Source: Eledone cirrhosa (lineage: Eukaryota). Taken from it: a stretch of DNA of 64,000 bases. A model generated the notes under the pieces. The model saw only the letters and a program-made list of their open reading frames with translations, made no database searches and was not told the DNA's origin. Below, piece after piece: positions 41,633-56,855 of this stretch. Location: the NCBI GenBank assembly GCA_964016885.1, contig OZ024745.1, positions 127,410,001 to 127,474,000 of the forward strand, written 5' to 3'. How positions within the stretch are numbered: position 1 is the stretch's first letter; each line of letters opens with the position of its first letter. A program made the translations under genes and the position numbers.

Positions 41633-41802
41633 AGGGTGGTGGATTGACTGTAAATTCTGAGTTCAAATCCCTCCGAGGTTACCTATGTCTTTCATCCTTA
41701 CGGGGTCGATAAAATAAAGAATCAGCCACGCAATGGGGTCGATTTAATCGACTTTCCCCTCCTCCTAAATTTGATGATCTTGTACCTAAATCATGAACCA
41801 TT
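41633..41802 (+). mobile_element. SINE A, internally deleted
   Basis: Head and body match. Confidence 0.7.
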
Positions 41803-42665
41803 GTTGATATTTATTTTAGAGACTCCAAAGGGATGAGAGATAAAGTCAGCATCAGCAGGATTTGAACTCAGGTTGCAAAGGAGCGAACCTAATACCACAA
41901 ACAATGCTATCTGGTTTGTCTGATGCTATACCAATTCTTCGCAGAGACAAGCCACGTATGTTTGATAAAATGTCACGAGACAAGAATAAAATTATTATAA
42001 AACACAATAATCAACTCCAAATATAATATTGCTGGCCTTGTGCCTAAATTCACAAACCATTATTTTACCCCAAGATATCCCAGATCTTACAAACTTTGAA
42101 TGGAAATTATTCCAGTAATGGACATCCCGATACTGTTTTCAGGCATAGTATTCCTTGGACAATAGTATCTGTAGTGTCGACAGACCACGTAGTATCCCCC
42201 AACTTTAGCTCATCTATTTATTCCATAGATGCACCGTTTGAAGAACTCACCACATTTTGCTGTTTCGTTTCTGTGGACATTTCAGGTTTTCTATCTTTGA
42301 TATTCAATTTCTAATATCTGTGATTTGATAGAAAGCATTGTTAGATTTCTGGATGAGGTTAAGTGGTTGTTCATTTTAGCTAACTGGTATATAGCTAAAT
42401 TAAATACAGATTCTAGAAATAATACTAACTACTTCCTAACGAGTAATTAGGTCGCATTGTAGGATCTCTCGTTAAGAAAAGTATATTTTAGTGAGCTCTT
42501 GCAGCCATGCGCTGTTGGGGGCACCTATGTTTATGTTAAAATAACACGCACACACACACATACATACACACATACATACACATACATATATACACATATA
42601 TATAAGTTTGTGTGTATATGTATACGCATAAGCATGTGCGTATATATATATATACCTACACACAT

Positions 42666-42706
<41 letters not shown>

Positions 42707-42798
42707 TATGTATACATATATATATATACCTACACACACACATATAAATGTATATAATTATATATATATGTATATGTATGTATTTATTTATATATATG

Positions 42799-42873
<75 letters not shown>

Positions 42874-42977
42874 AATAATGGAGCTGCGGCGTTGCAAATG
42901 GGTTACATATAAAAAAGTGAGTCCTTCATCAGTGACCCTCCAACCGTCCTAGGCATTTCATCGCTTTACACACACAC

Positions 42978-43171
<194 letters not shown>

Positions 43172-43296
43172 ATATATATATATACACACACATATATATA
43201 TATATATATATACACACACATTCATACTGAGGGAGACACACACACACACATTCTCTTTCTCATACATATATTTATATATTAGAAAGAACGACAGAG

Positions 43297-43339
<43 letters not shown>

Positions 43340-43517
43340 GAGAGGGGGAGAGAGAGGGGGGGGGGAGAGAGGGGGGGGGGAAGTGAGTGGGTGAGAGAAG
43401 GAGATGGTGGAAAAGAAAAAGAAGGAAAGAGATCGTTTTACAAACACATGGAAAACTATCCCAAATATATTTCTTTTGTCAATATTATTAATGTTGTTAT
43501 TGTTTGTTTTAGTTTTT

Positions 43518-43725
43518 ATCATCATCATCATCATCACCATCAGTATCACCATCATTACTATCATCACCATCATCAGTACCATCATCAGTACCATCATCAT
43601 CATCACTACCATCATCATCACCACCACCCCCATCATCATCATCATTACCATTACCATCATCATCATCGTCGTCATCATTATTTTCCTCCTCATTATTTTC
43701 GTCATCATTATCACCATCGCCCTTC

Positions 43726-43761
<36 letters not shown>

Positions 43762-44410
43762 CAATGACCATCATCATCATCACCATCACCATCATCATCA
43801 CCACGACCATCATCACCACCACCACCATCATCATCATCATTACCACCACCATCATCATCATGACCATCACTTCCAACACCACCACCACCATCATCACCAC
43901 CACCACCACCACCATCACCACCATCACCACCATCATCATATCACCATCATTATCAACACCATCACCACCACTACCACCATCACCACCACCATCACCACCA
44001 TCACCACTATCACCATCATCACCACCATCACCACCACCATCACCACCATCACCACCACCATCACCACCACCACCATCACCACCATCACCACCACCATAAC
44101 CACCACCACCATCACCACCACCATCACCACTATCACCAACACCACCACCATCACCAGCACCATCACCACACCCACCACCATCACCACCACCATCACCACC
44201 ACCACCACTACCACCACCACCACCACTACCACCACCACCATCTCCACCATCACCACCATCACCACCATCACCACCATCACCACCACGACCATCACCACCA
44301 CCATCACTACCACCACCACCATCACCACCACCATCACCACCACCATCACCACCATCACCACCATCACCACCATCACCATCACCACCACCACCATCAACAC
44401 CATCAGCACT
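43518..44410. repeat. ~0.9 kb compound (CAT)n/(CAC)n trinucleotide tract
   Basis: Directly visible. Confidence 0.95.
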
Positions 44411-44722
44411 AGCACTTCTATGGTTTCTGTTCTCTAACCTAATGATTAAACAATAGGTTTTTATTCGCGGAATAAAGGCAATACATCAGAAAACAATTAG
44501 TAGGTGTCATTAACCAGGAAGTGGTTTCAAATCTTTGCGGCATACCGTCACAGCTAATCGACTTTTTGACGGCAAAACGTTGGTAAATTCGTGCGAGGAT
44601 CTCTAGACATATGCGTGAGTCATGAAACGGCGGTGTTTCCTTCTCTTCAGATCTCGATGGCAACTTCTAATTGCTTTCATTCAAGCCAACTAAACAAACA
44701 TGTTATGTTCCACTGTATATAT

Positions 44723-44754
<32 letters not shown>

Positions 44755-44758
<4 letters not shown>

Positions 44759-44948
44759 AAGTATGAGCCCGACGGCAGACCTCAACCCGTTTCGACGGCT
44801 ATTTCTAGTCCAGAAATAGCCGTCGAAACGGCTTGAGCTCTGCCGTCGGGGTCATACTTTTTCCTATTACCCACTCTACTACTCTAAGTATTGAGTACTT
44901 TGGTGCGTTATGGTCCATCTGGTTCCTTAACACAATTCCTTCGTTATT
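44755..44948 (+). mobile_element. Family H fold-back element
   Basis: Palindrome at 44755-44863 plus tail; close to 4925-5116. Confidence 0.8.
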
Positions 44949-44979
44949 TACGTACTATATATATGTATATGTATTATAC

Positions 44980-45038
<59 letters not shown>

Positions 45039-45122
45039 TGTATGTTTATATACACACATATATATTTATATGAATATATACATACATATGTGCACACATA
45101 TGAACGTAGGTATGTATGTATG

Positions 45123-48100
45123 TTCTTCTGGTTTTTTTAATTTCACAAAGTTTTCCCAATAGAGAGAGAGTCGGTTTCTAACATAGACACAAGACTCTCT
45201 CATTGGAATTTACACAACATCAACTAGGTAGATATGTATGTATGCATGTGTAGATATGGATGTTATTGTATGTGTGGTTGTTTATGTTTTGACTTGTATG
45301 TGTGCATGCTTTGTATCTGTACATGTGTATATGCACTTATTAGATGCAACATTTCTGGAATGTTTTACATATTTTTACTGTTTCATTAATGGATTGTACT
45401 TGTAATTTCCTAACTAGTTGTGTTCTTTCTGTTTCTGTGAAGCCTAGCTTTTCAAGATTTGTATTGAGGCAGTTACTAACATATCCCAGTGCCCCAATAA
45501 TCATAGGCATAAATCTGAAGGTGTAATCAGGGTGGAGTATCTGCAGATTTCTCATCAGTTCTGCATAAATATTCTCCTTTTCACTAATCTTTGATATTAT
45601 ATTGGCATCTGCTGGGCAGCTAATTTCCACTACTGTGCATGTTTTCTTCTCCCTGTGCCATATCATAATATCTGGTCTGTTATGCCGGCATTTTATTGGG
45701 GTTTTTACTGGAACATTCCACCAGTACTCTTTCATATTATATACATGGATGTCTTCCACATTGCCGTAACTTTTAATGTGTTTATTATCGGGGCAATCTT
45801 TTTTACGAACTGCATTGTACAGTGTTTTGGCCACTACATCATGCCTCATAGGTAGATAGTACCGCAATGACATCTTTGGACAGCTGCTGATGACATGGGT
45901 GATATCCTCAATGTTAGTTCTGTAGAGTCTGCACTTGTTATCACATCTAGGTGTGTTGCCTGCATCCCTATCTCTTTTGTGAATCAGGTATTTCGTGCTA
46001 ATCTCCTGTTCCTGGATTGCAAAAGCGTATCCTTCAAAGTGGGGGCTAATATAGCGGTTGTTTGTCCAAGATAGACTACTTTCCTTATCTATATTACTCT
46101 CACTCTGGAGCTTCCTGGCAACATATCCATGCATGATTTTTTGCTGATAAGCATGCAGTTTTTCATCCATGGATTCTCTGCGATACTGCTGAGCGACATC
46201 CCTGGGTGTGAGTTTTTGATTATCACACAGGGAATATCTCTCAAGGAGTTCCTTCCCAATTCTCATGATCTTATCTGTTTCATGCAGATAGACTTGCTCG
46301 AGAAACCGGCTCCTACGCTTCGAGGTTCGTAGATGTTGTCGGAGAGATATGATGCAACATTCAAATGTTGTCTGGACTGATGTTAGGCCTCTGCCTCCCA
46401 GCTTACGTTTCAAGTAAAGGCGGTCTATGTCACTGTTGATGTGGAAGTTTCCGGTGTTGTTCAGTACTTTTCGAGTTCCAATATCAACTGCTCGGAATTC
46501 GTCTATCGTCCAATTGAGTATTCCAAACGTTGGTGTTAGGACAGGCACAGCAAACACATTGTGAGCCACTGTTTTGTTTTGCGCAGAGAGTTCCGATGAC
46601 CAGATCTTTCTTAATCGGGTGTAGTATTCCCTGGTTACGCGTTCTTTATTACAGATAACATTATAGGATATGTTCTCATCTATCCCCAGGTATCTGTAGC
46701 AGTCCTCATCAGATATCGGTGAAACAGTTAGACCATTGATGACAATGTTGCTAGATTGGGTTGTTGTTTTTCCCCGCTTTACAGTCATGTATGAGCATTT
46801 ATCTTGGCCAAACTCCATTCCTATATCCTTTGAGAACGTTGTAACCAGGTCAAGATTTTTCTTCATCCCATCCATGTTCTTGGCATAGAGTTTCAGATCG
46901 TCCACAAATAAATTATGGGTTAGGTTCGTATTTCTGTCCTCCTGTGAGCCAATGATGTATCCCTCATATTTCTTGAGCAGAAAGGATAAAGGGTTTAATG
47001 ACAAGATGAACAATATCAAAGAAAGACTGTCCCCCTGAAATTTACCCCTGCAATATTTATTATTATCAGTGAAAATAGAGTCCTCCCTCTCTATCTGTAA
47101 CCTGAGGATAGTAGCCCAAGAAGAAGACAGCTTCTCTATGGCTCTGACAATAATGTCAGGGACTTTAGCAAGTTGGAGGGCCTCTATCATCCAAGAGTGG
47201 GGAACAGAATCGAAAGCTTTCCTGTAGTCCAGCCAGACTGTAGTCATATTCCTCCTAAGTTGTCGCACCTCCGACATCGCAGTTTTGTTGATTAGGAGTT
47301 GTTTAGCACATCCCCAAACCCCTTTCTTTCCAGCTGCTTGTTCATCTGTGATGATGTTATTATTTTCACAGTGATCTTGGAGGAATAGGTTCAGGCAGGC
47401 TGTATATATCTTATACATCAGGTTCTGGCATGCAATGGGTCGGTAGTTTTTTGCCAAGTGGGTGTCTTTGTTCTTGGGGACCAGTAACGTTTGTGCTAAT
47501 GTCAACCATTCTGGTATAACTGTATCTCCCTTAAGAACTTATTGGTAGAGGTCAGTAAGATACCTCCGATAGAATATTAGTTTTTTGTACCAGTAGCCGA
47601 CAATCATGTCTCTTCCTGGTGTTTTCTTATCTTGGAGTTTTCATATCACAGTCTCAAGGGTACCCTCACTTATTTCGTATGTTTTTGTTGTAGTGTAGGA
47701 GCAATAATTCTTTCGGATTTCTCTTAGCCACACTGTATCTTGGTTGAAATTCTTCTTTTCACCCCATATTTTTCTCCAAAGGGAATCTATGTCTTTCTGG
47801 GATGGGGCCTCAGTGACACTTATTATTTTGCCCCTCATATCTCTATAGACTGATGTTTGGTTTCGTATGAATCTTTTATTAAGCACTTTTCTCTCATCTA
47901 CCTCCTTCAGGTATCGACGTTTTTCGCTAACAGCTCTCAATTCTTGTTTGAGGGTGATCAGCTTATATTGGAGAGTTCTGGTTCTACTGTTACCAAACAA
48001 CGTCTCTATTTTATTTTTCACTCTTTTTTGGTGAGGGGTGAGGTTTTTTGTGTGTTTGTTTCCATGTAAGGAGCATTGTCACATATCCTATGTTTTTTCG

Positions 48101-48950
48101 TAGGTCAGCACTCTTTTTTTCTATTTTAGATATATATGATAGTATTTTTGGTGGTGTTTTGTTCTTGTTAATATCTCTGCTATCACCAAGATAATGCTTC
48201 ACTGTCGTTGCTAGGGCATATAAACAGGCGTTGATTTGCCAAATGTTGGGGTTTTTATCCGTCGTAAATATTCATCCTCTATTTCGTCAATAACACGCAG
48301 TATTTCATTATTTCGTTTTTTATTCACCATTGTCGTTTTAACACGTTCAGCAAGAGAGATATTTATACATGAGTTAATTTTTCTCTGGAAAATTTCGTTG
48401 AGGGAAATTTTCAATTGTTTATACTTTTGATTATCATTATCGATAGTGTTTTCCCCAGCATTCGAGGTAGACTTAGATGGTATAGGTGGTGTCAAGTTTT
48501 TTAGAGGCATAGTTGTTTCAAGACGCTGTTCGACCTGGCTGCTAGGAAGTCTAGTAGCATGGCGACCTGTAGCATTTACAATTAAGTAAATCATTATTAA
48601 GTTCGTAACTCCAAGAGAAATGCGATTTATAATTTCGGTTTCTTCTGTAGCTACAACTGAATAAAGTTTGATTACCTTCTTTGTTATTTGTCTTCGACAC
48701 TTCCTTAATTTTTTTGTTGATGTTGTGTTCAGCCATGCTATTTGTAGCAAATCCTTGTAAAATGAATTATGTATTTAGTCGGATATCTCTACGAATTCGA
48801 ATAAAAGGTGTCTTCAGAAGGGATAGTTAGAAGAATAACCAGTTATTCAACCTGGCTGTAGTTGTGGCATTACTGTCGGAGATAGTATTCATCTTAAATT
48901 TAGTAAATAGTCTCCCACGCCAAAATATGCGACTGATCGCGTTGACTGTT
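45123..48950 (-). mobile_element. Near full-length R4/Dong-clade (RLE) non-LTR retrotransposon, frameshifted
   Basis: Single long ORF broken in its 5' part; (ATGT)n at both ends. Confidence 0.88.
45340..47640 (-). CDS. RT plus restriction-like endonuclease of the R4/Dong element
   Basis: NYRPIAC, WLDYRKAFDSVPH, FQGDSLS, FVDDLKLY, YRYLG, GGRGL, degenerate CCHC knuckle, RHD, RPDI..EISCP..K..Y. Confidence 0.9.
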
Positions 48951-49980
48951 ATGTATGTATGTATGTATGTATGTATCAATAATATATTATGGTTAAAATA
49001 TAATATAATATAATCGTACACATGACTGCAGAAATATATTTGCATGTGTAGGTATATGTTTGTGTGTGTATATATATATAGGTGCCTGTGTGACTGTATG
49101 TGCGTGTTTACGTGTCTACATATCTACAAGAATGTCTGTGTCTATCTATGTGTGTGTGTGAATGTGTACGTGTGTACGTGTGTATGAACGAGTATTGTAT
49201 GAGTGTGTATGTTTATATCTATTGCAGTGTTTTTTAATATAACTCACATTATAAGTTCCAGGTCCGTTTTCTGTGAGCTGGTAGTTTACAATAGGACTTA
49301 AAGTGGGATGTCACTATAAATAACAGTTGAGAAAATAGAGTTAAGTAACTCTGAAAATAGAAAAGAGTAAGTGGATAGCGGCGCTTGCAAGGAATCGAAC
49401 CCTGCATCCGAGTGAGTGCCTTATTAAATTCGCTAAAAAGCTGCTGGCTATTAATCCGTCTTTTTAGATTTTAAGCCTGTATCTTGAAGTATAAACAAAG
49501 CGGTAGACTTATGAGTTGTCCTGCTGGTAAGTAAACAGTTAGCTAAATAATGAAGGAACACGTAGCGCGACAGTAGTAATAAATATCAAATTTACACTCA
49601 GAAAAAAATCAACGAAACACGTGGCACGGACAAATGATAATAACTAACTTCCTCGTCAGCCACCCACTGGGTAAAGTGATTTTGTGCATAAGTGTAGGAT
49701 TGCATAATATTAATGACAAGTTGCACAGCGGCTTCTTCAATCCGTCGGAAAGATGCATGTAAGACAACGCAACAACTACAGAGACAGGAACATATTGGAG
49801 GTTCGTTCGACTGGGCCAGTAAAACGAATATGTAAACAAATAAGAATAAAAAGAGCTTAGGATATGGTAGAGACACATAGTGTAAATGGTAACGTCGTAG
49901 GGAGGGAAATATAAATAGACTTTCGTCAAAAAAGACGGAGTGAGCGAGAGAGAGGGAGAGTGAGAGAGAGTGTGTGTGTA

Positions 49981-50019
<39 letters not shown>

Positions 50020-50736
50020 AGCTGTCCTGTTGGTAAGTAAACAGTTAATTAATCAAAGAAGGAGTATGTAGTGTAGTTTTACAGTAGTAATACATAGCAA
50101 AGTCACACAAAAAAAGAAGAAACGAAACACGTGGAACGAATAAACAGTCCCATTCACCACCATCATAAACTATTTTAATACGATGTTTTAACTACCAAGC
50201 TAATTAATCGTATCCCTGGAAAATTTCCAGTCTAATTTCATTAATTTGCCTAATCAGTGAATTATTTCCACTAAAAAAAAAAAAATAATAATAATGTATT
50301 AGTAGTTTTGAGATGTTAGTAGTTGTGAGTTGACTGCTTCGTTATGTCAATTATTACTGAAGGATATATATAGAGAACGTCACACCAATGACCAATGAAC
50401 TGATTTATACTTAAACTTCATTTAACTTTTGATCAATTGAAATTTCAGTTCTCTCTTTCTTTCTCAGCATTTCTCTGTGAATTTCTCTCCTTTTCTCTCT
50501 CTCTGTTTTTCTTTATTTGCCTTTATCTCAGCCCCTCTCTCTCCCTCCCCTCCCCCTCCCCCCTCTCTCTCTCTCTCGCCGCTTCTCACTATCATTCTCT
50601 GGCTCTCTCACCCATCCTCACGCATTTAAACTCAACTTTCAATAACCGCAATTTTATTCTTATTAGGGTTGTAATGTCAATTGATTAAAAATAATTCTCT
50701 GCTTGTCACACTTGTTTAGTGACGCGCATTTAAATA

Positions 50737-50953
50737 CGAGAGGTTGCTGAAAAGTTCCTGGCTTTGGGTAAAAGAAAATACAGGAGGATCAGTTAATTAT
50801 GATTTTATTCAACATATTCCCCTCTCAGATTCCCACACTTATTGCCGCGGTCCTTCAGCTTTTCTAAGCCCTGTAAAAAGAACTCGGAAGGTTGGGCCTC
50901 CAACCAGGCCTCTTAAATACCCTTAAAGTCAAAAAGTTTTCAGCTCCCCTTCG
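50737..50953. mobile_element. Mariner-like MITE
   Basis: TA|CGAGAGGTTGCTGAAAAGTT ... AAGTTTTCAGCTCCCCTTCG|TA. Confidence 0.8.
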
Positions 50954-53178
50954 TATATGTCCTTTATGCAAGAGACATCTTTAGGAAATTTTCCAATCTG
51001 ACATATACATTAAAACAAGACTAATGATTTTTTTAAGTTTACACAAAGCAGGAATCAACCCCAATACTTAATCGAAAGGCGAAGTATGAAATAGTAGATA
51101 ACATAAGTAGGGTTCACAGGAGATTTTCTTTACAGTTCTTGCCACTTATCATATCACATTGAAAAGGTGTCCTGCCACCACCTATTAAAATTCATAGTTA
51201 AGATATTTCGCGTGTTTATTCGTGGATACATCATACATTATCCGATATACAGAATTTGCATACTTATATATATACAGCTATGTTGGCGAGAACACCTTGA
51301 TTCTATAATTGTCTTTAATTTCAGGTCAATAGTTAAAGCTAAGCCACTTGCAACACTTTAAATAATTTACATGTATATATTTTATGTGGAGTTGAGTGGC
51401 TAAGTTGTAAGGTTGAACTTATGTCCATAATGTCGTGCAATTGTTTCCTGGGCTGAATTGTGTGTTGTGTTCTTGAGTAAAACACTTCATTTTACGTTGC
51501 TCCAGTATACTCAGCTGAAAATGAGTACCAGCGATAGCTGGGGCTTTAACCCTGCGATGGACTGGCGTCATATCCAGGGAGGAGTCATGTACTCTCAGTC
51601 ACTTAACGCTACGAAAACAGGATAAGTACCGGCCTGACGAACCTCTTGGCTTGAGAGATTTAACCCTGTGATGGACTGGTGTCCTGTCCAGGGACGAGTC
51701 TTGAACTCTCAGTGGTTTAACACCACGAAACCGGGATAAGGATCTGCTTAACGAGCCTCCTGGCTTGCGACAGACTTTAGACTTTAGATATTTTATTGAC
51801 TCCAGAAGATATAGGAAATTGATAATCTAATGCTGAAGTTGATTTCGGAGTCAAGAAAGACGAAACTAAATGCTGCATTGCACTTAGTTCAGCAGTCTAC
51901 GAGCCCAGTTGTCTCAATTGACAAATCAGGAATTACATATTTACGTTTTGGACGATGGCGAAACTGAAACATTGTGACATCCACAGGAAGCCCTGTTCCT
52001 AAATAACAAATTACAGCGCAAATATTTGCAGCGGATGTGAATTCATCATACAGTGTATAATGATTGCATTGTACACTGCCGTTTCGTTTTTTTTTATATT
52101 TCCACCATTGTATAAATTCTGTCAGTAAAATATAGTTGACATAATATGTTTATGTATAACAGATAATAAAATAAAATAAGAGACTTTAAATTAAAAAAAA
52201 ATATTTATGGTTTAAACAAAATATTTTGTTAGCAGAATAATTAAGTAAATAAATTGTTGTTCTTTAATTTAAATTCACGTGAAAATGTTAAAATGCTTTT
52301 GTGTTTAATCTTCGTAAATGGAAATATAAATGCTTAACATTGTTAATGGGATAATTAGAATGGATTAAAAAACTATAGACTTTTGAATAAATATATTGAA
52401 CAAAGCATAAACTCTAGTCTTAGTTAAAACACATTGGGGAAATTATGACACGACTGTGACAAGGATATTTATAGTACTGGGATCGATTCTTCCCCTATAT
52501 ATCTTTCTCGCTTCCATTCTCTCTCTTTCCTTCTCTGGAAGAAATCTACTGTATTCAGATCTGGAGAGGATTGAACACTGCCAGGTTTTAAAATACTCAG
52601 GAAACGTATGTCAATATGGTGACTTACGACCCCTTCAGGAATTACGAAACCATACATATATACATGCAAGTACACATAGTCTTTTGTCTAACAGTTGAAT
52701 TGGGTGAGTTCTGAATTGAATTCTTGGATTTCCAGGCCAGATTGAAAGGCATTTTGATTTTTAAAATGTGAATATTTTTATTTATAGGCAAAATATCAAA
52801 ATGGTTCTAGTATTGGTAGTATTGGTATTAGTTCTAGTTTTATTAGTTGTACTTCTTGTTGCTTGTGTGGTTGTTATTAGTGATGTTGATGGGCGTAGTA
52901 ACATTGCAACCTCAGCTAGGTACTATATATAAGATGACAGGTCATCTGTCTACCACGAACAATAATGAATAAAAAAGCACCGCTGCTTTACATTAAAGTG
53001 AAGTGCGCAAATTAGGTGTTTTTGTTCTTTGCTTTTGTTTAATCACAAAATGAATAAAAGGTTCCGCTTTGATGGTAATGGAAACCATTTTACTTTTCAA
53101 ATGATGGGTATGTACATATACATACATACATACATACATACATACATACATACACATATACATACATACATACATACA

Positions 53179-53214
<36 letters not shown>

Positions 53215-53251
53215 CATACATATATACATACAGACACACATACATACATAC

Positions 53252-53565
53252 ATGATGGCTGCCCCCTCGTTATCGAGTATGGCCATTGCACGATATACCA
53301 TTATTAATAATTATTAATTAATTCTATCGTGCAATGCCCGTGCGTGAAGATATATTTTAAAGTGAGGAAAGGCTGTGCACTGAGCCAATCCCACTCTCTG
53401 AGCGACAGTAGCTATAACCCAAAAAAAAGAAAAGATCAACATCATCGGTAACTACTGAGCCGCAGGTTTTATATCGGAGTTATCCCAGTTTCCCGAGTTG
53501 CCTTCTCCTAGAAGAATGCCCTGACAAAGGCTAGGGGTCCTTTACTCCCAGTGGTTTAACCGCGT
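53252..53565 (-). mobile_element. Non-autonomous RTE-derived element (diverged relative at about 53880-54135; 3' fragment at 58389-58522 +)
   Basis: Matches 11050-11470; (ATGT)n tail. Confidence 0.7.
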
Positions 53566-54132
53566 GGTACATGTGTATATACATATTTACACACTTTCGG
53601 ATGGCCGTTCACTCTTATGAGTTCTTCCGCCCTTACATACATGCATACACACACACGTCTCTCTATTTATTGGTTTAAATTTATAAAATGAAACAAGAAC
53701 ATACAAAGATACATTATAGCTGCATCTTAGTTTCGAGAATTGCCATGCGTTGGACTTTTTCTCATTTATGGGTGGCACGAACATGACTTTTTTTTATCTT
53801 CCCAGGGACTTAGAATACTCTCGGGATATGCTGCAACAAATGAAAACGCCGTGCTCACACAACACACGTGAAAGTGTTTTAGATTAAGTGATGCTTGTGC
53901 TTGAAGCTTTTCTAAGTGAAGAAAGGACTTGCACTAGACCAATCCCACTCTCTGAACAACGGTGACAAGTATCCCAAAAGAAGAATAGGTTATCATTGGA
54001 TGTAATCCCGGCGCAAGATTTAAATCAGATTTTTGCTTTTCCTAGAATGATGTCCTAACAAGAACTAGGGGTCTCTCACCCCCGGTCGACTAACCACCTG
54101 CTCGGGCACCTAACCGAGTATTTCCATGTCAC

Positions 54133-54187
<55 letters not shown>

Positions 54188-54199
54188 GCGCACACACAC

Positions 54200-54475
54200 A
54201 TTAAATCGACCCCAGTACGTTACTGGTACTTAATTTTATCGACCCCGTAAGGATGAAAGGATGAAACTATATATATAATGATTTCTAGTATAGGCACAAG
54301 GCTAGTCATTTGGGGATTAAATCGACCCCAGTACGTTACTGGTGCTTATCGACCCCGTAAGGATGAAAGGCAAAGTTAACCTTGGCGGGATTTGAACTCA
54401 GATCGCAAAGGGCCGTAACTCTATGCTGTAAAGCATATTGTCCGACACTCTACCGATAGAACCATTCCACCGCCC
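54200..54475 (-). mobile_element. SINE A copies
   Basis: Body match. Confidence 0.8.
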
Positions 54476-54800
54476 ACGCCTAATGTAATCGATACTAATA
54501 ACTATTAAAATAACAACATAAACAATAACAATATTGAAATTGATAGCAATAGAAATATTAACTCACTCTATTAATATTATGGTGTGATGTTTACTTGTGT
54601 ATAAGTATAGTGTTCGATTTATGCCAGTGTATAAGAAAGGGGGGAACAAGTAAAATAAGAGAAAAATAAAGGCAAATATGAGAAAAGGGATTAGGGGAAG
54701 TGTGTGTGTGTGTTTGTGAGAGAGAGATAAAGAGAGAGGGAGAGGGAGAGAAAGAGAAAAAAGAAAGAGAGAGAGAGAGAGAGAAAGAAAGAGAGAGAGA

Positions 54801-54858
<58 letters not shown>

Positions 54859-56221
54859 AGAGAGAGAAAGCGAGAGAGAGTGAGTGAGAGAGAGAGAGAG
54901 AGAGTTAAGGGGAGGGAGCCAGATTCATGACTTCCTTCAGAATATTTGTTTCTCTCAAGAAGACCCCACCACGTCAGACCTGACTATATTGGCGAAAGAG
55001 AAATGTGATAAGATTGCAAGCACTTTACATTTAGAATCATCTTTGCTTGTCCATACATTTTTTTGGAAAGAACCCAATTACTACTTCTAGAAATACCTTA
55101 ATCGATTCCACTTAAGCATTGTAGGAGATAATCCCAGGATTTACTTTCTAAATAAACATTTGGATCAAGATGGGATTCGTTGGTTATTTAGCTATTTATT
55201 TCAATCACTTAATGTGTCCATTGCCTGCAAAAGGTAGAGGGGGGAAAGGTAAGGTTTATGGAAAGTAAATTAGCTTGAGCAATTTAATGGGATTGAGATG
55301 GTTAGTTCTATTTTCTTGTTCTACTTGTTTTTGTTTTTGTTTTGGTTCTTGTTGTTATGGTGATCTTTGTCTTTTTACTTTTGTTCGACTTTTTTGCATA
55401 TGCTGTTTGACGGGGGCGGAGGCCATTAAAGATGTTAGGGTGTGAAGGCGGGGGCTAATGATAATAGTAGAAAAGGACGGTAAAATTAGTAGAGTGTCGG
55501 ACTAGTTCGTCATATTTACATTCCAGGTTCGAATCCTTTTGATTTAACTCCCAGTTGTAAAGAACAACTGGGAGTTAAAGGACAGAGTTCAGGAAAAAAT
55601 CTCTGGACAAATTTTACGGGCAAAAGCAGCCGGCAGGAGACCCAGGAGTAGATCCTGAGAAAGATGGTTGGATAATATCCATGAACTTGGCTGGTCACGC
55701 TTGGGGATCCAGCCGGATCAGTTGGAGACGATTGCTTCCGACAGGAGCCACTGGAAGGTGTGTTTGAGTACTCCGACCCTATGACCCTCTCAGTCAAGAA
55801 TAAGTGGGCGAAGAAGAAGACGAACTCTCAGGGGTATACTGCACCCATTCAGTCAGCTATATTCACCCTTTTCATTCACACATACAACAATCGGTCTTGA
55901 ATTTAAGATAAGATATCCTTCTCTTATATATCCATAGTTGTTCTTTATCAGTTTAAGTGTTTATAGTTTTTCAATTTAGGAACCTCAGATGATCTAAGTT
56001 GTCACACTCAGCAGAATAATCAAGCTAAATGGAGCCGTACCAATTGAGGCAGATTATAAAAATGTGTGACCGCCCCCACCTCCACTGAACGCAGAGTTCC
56101 ATCTTTTGATACTTTTATTACATGTCTTTCCTGCATGTACTCTATCGACTGGGAGACTTTGAAGCACAGCTCTACATGCCAAAAAATCACACGACTCTGC
56201 CACCCACAATAATGACTCCTA

Positions 56222-56419
56222 CTATAGGCACGAGGCCACCAATTTGGGGAGAGGGGAAAGTCGTTTAAATGGAACTCAGTATATTACTGGTACTTTATTT
56301 TACCGACACCGTAAGGATGAAAGGCAAAGCTAACATCGGCGGTATTTGAACTCAGAACGTGAAGGGCTGTAACTCTATGCAGCCAAGCATGTTGTCCGAA
56401 GCTCTACCGATTCTGCCAA
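56222..56419 (-). mobile_element. SINE A
   Basis: Body match. Confidence 0.8.
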
Positions 56420-56778
56420 CTACAATAATGTCCCTATTTCTATCCGAAGAAACGTTTGGTAACACTAAAGGTTAGCCCTTATTGTCCCCACGAGGAAGAC
56501 AAGTCAAATAATTGGGCTGGTGATTTTGTTGGAATTTTGTTGTTGGAAACGATTCGAGGAAGCAGATACATTGATTTATAAATAAAATCTTGAGATTTAC
56601 CAGTATTTTTCATGCATCCGCGCATATTTGTAATACGATGCAGAGTGCAGTGTAATCTACAAATACAACATAGGTAAGTATAATACACTGTAGCAGTTTA
56701 AAAGTGCAGTTAAGGCAGTCATAAGCAGCGGTGTAGTAAAAACAAAAGTGAGGGAAAGCATTATTGAGAAAGTGGAGG

Positions 56779-56855
<77 letters not shown>

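Noticed and set aside
42915-42965. Possible permuted HHR on the - strand (GAAA..CTGATGA)
   Set aside because: Stems II and III do not pair convincingly.
43391-44437. 348 aa His/Thr-rich ORF and its Met/Val antisense ORFs
   Set aside because: A trinucleotide tract that is open in several frames, with no gene context.
44620-44655. CTGAAGA..GAAA on the - strand; similar lone cores at 24707, 39439, 41137 and 49653
   Set aside because: No supporting helices, so they are treated as chance matches.
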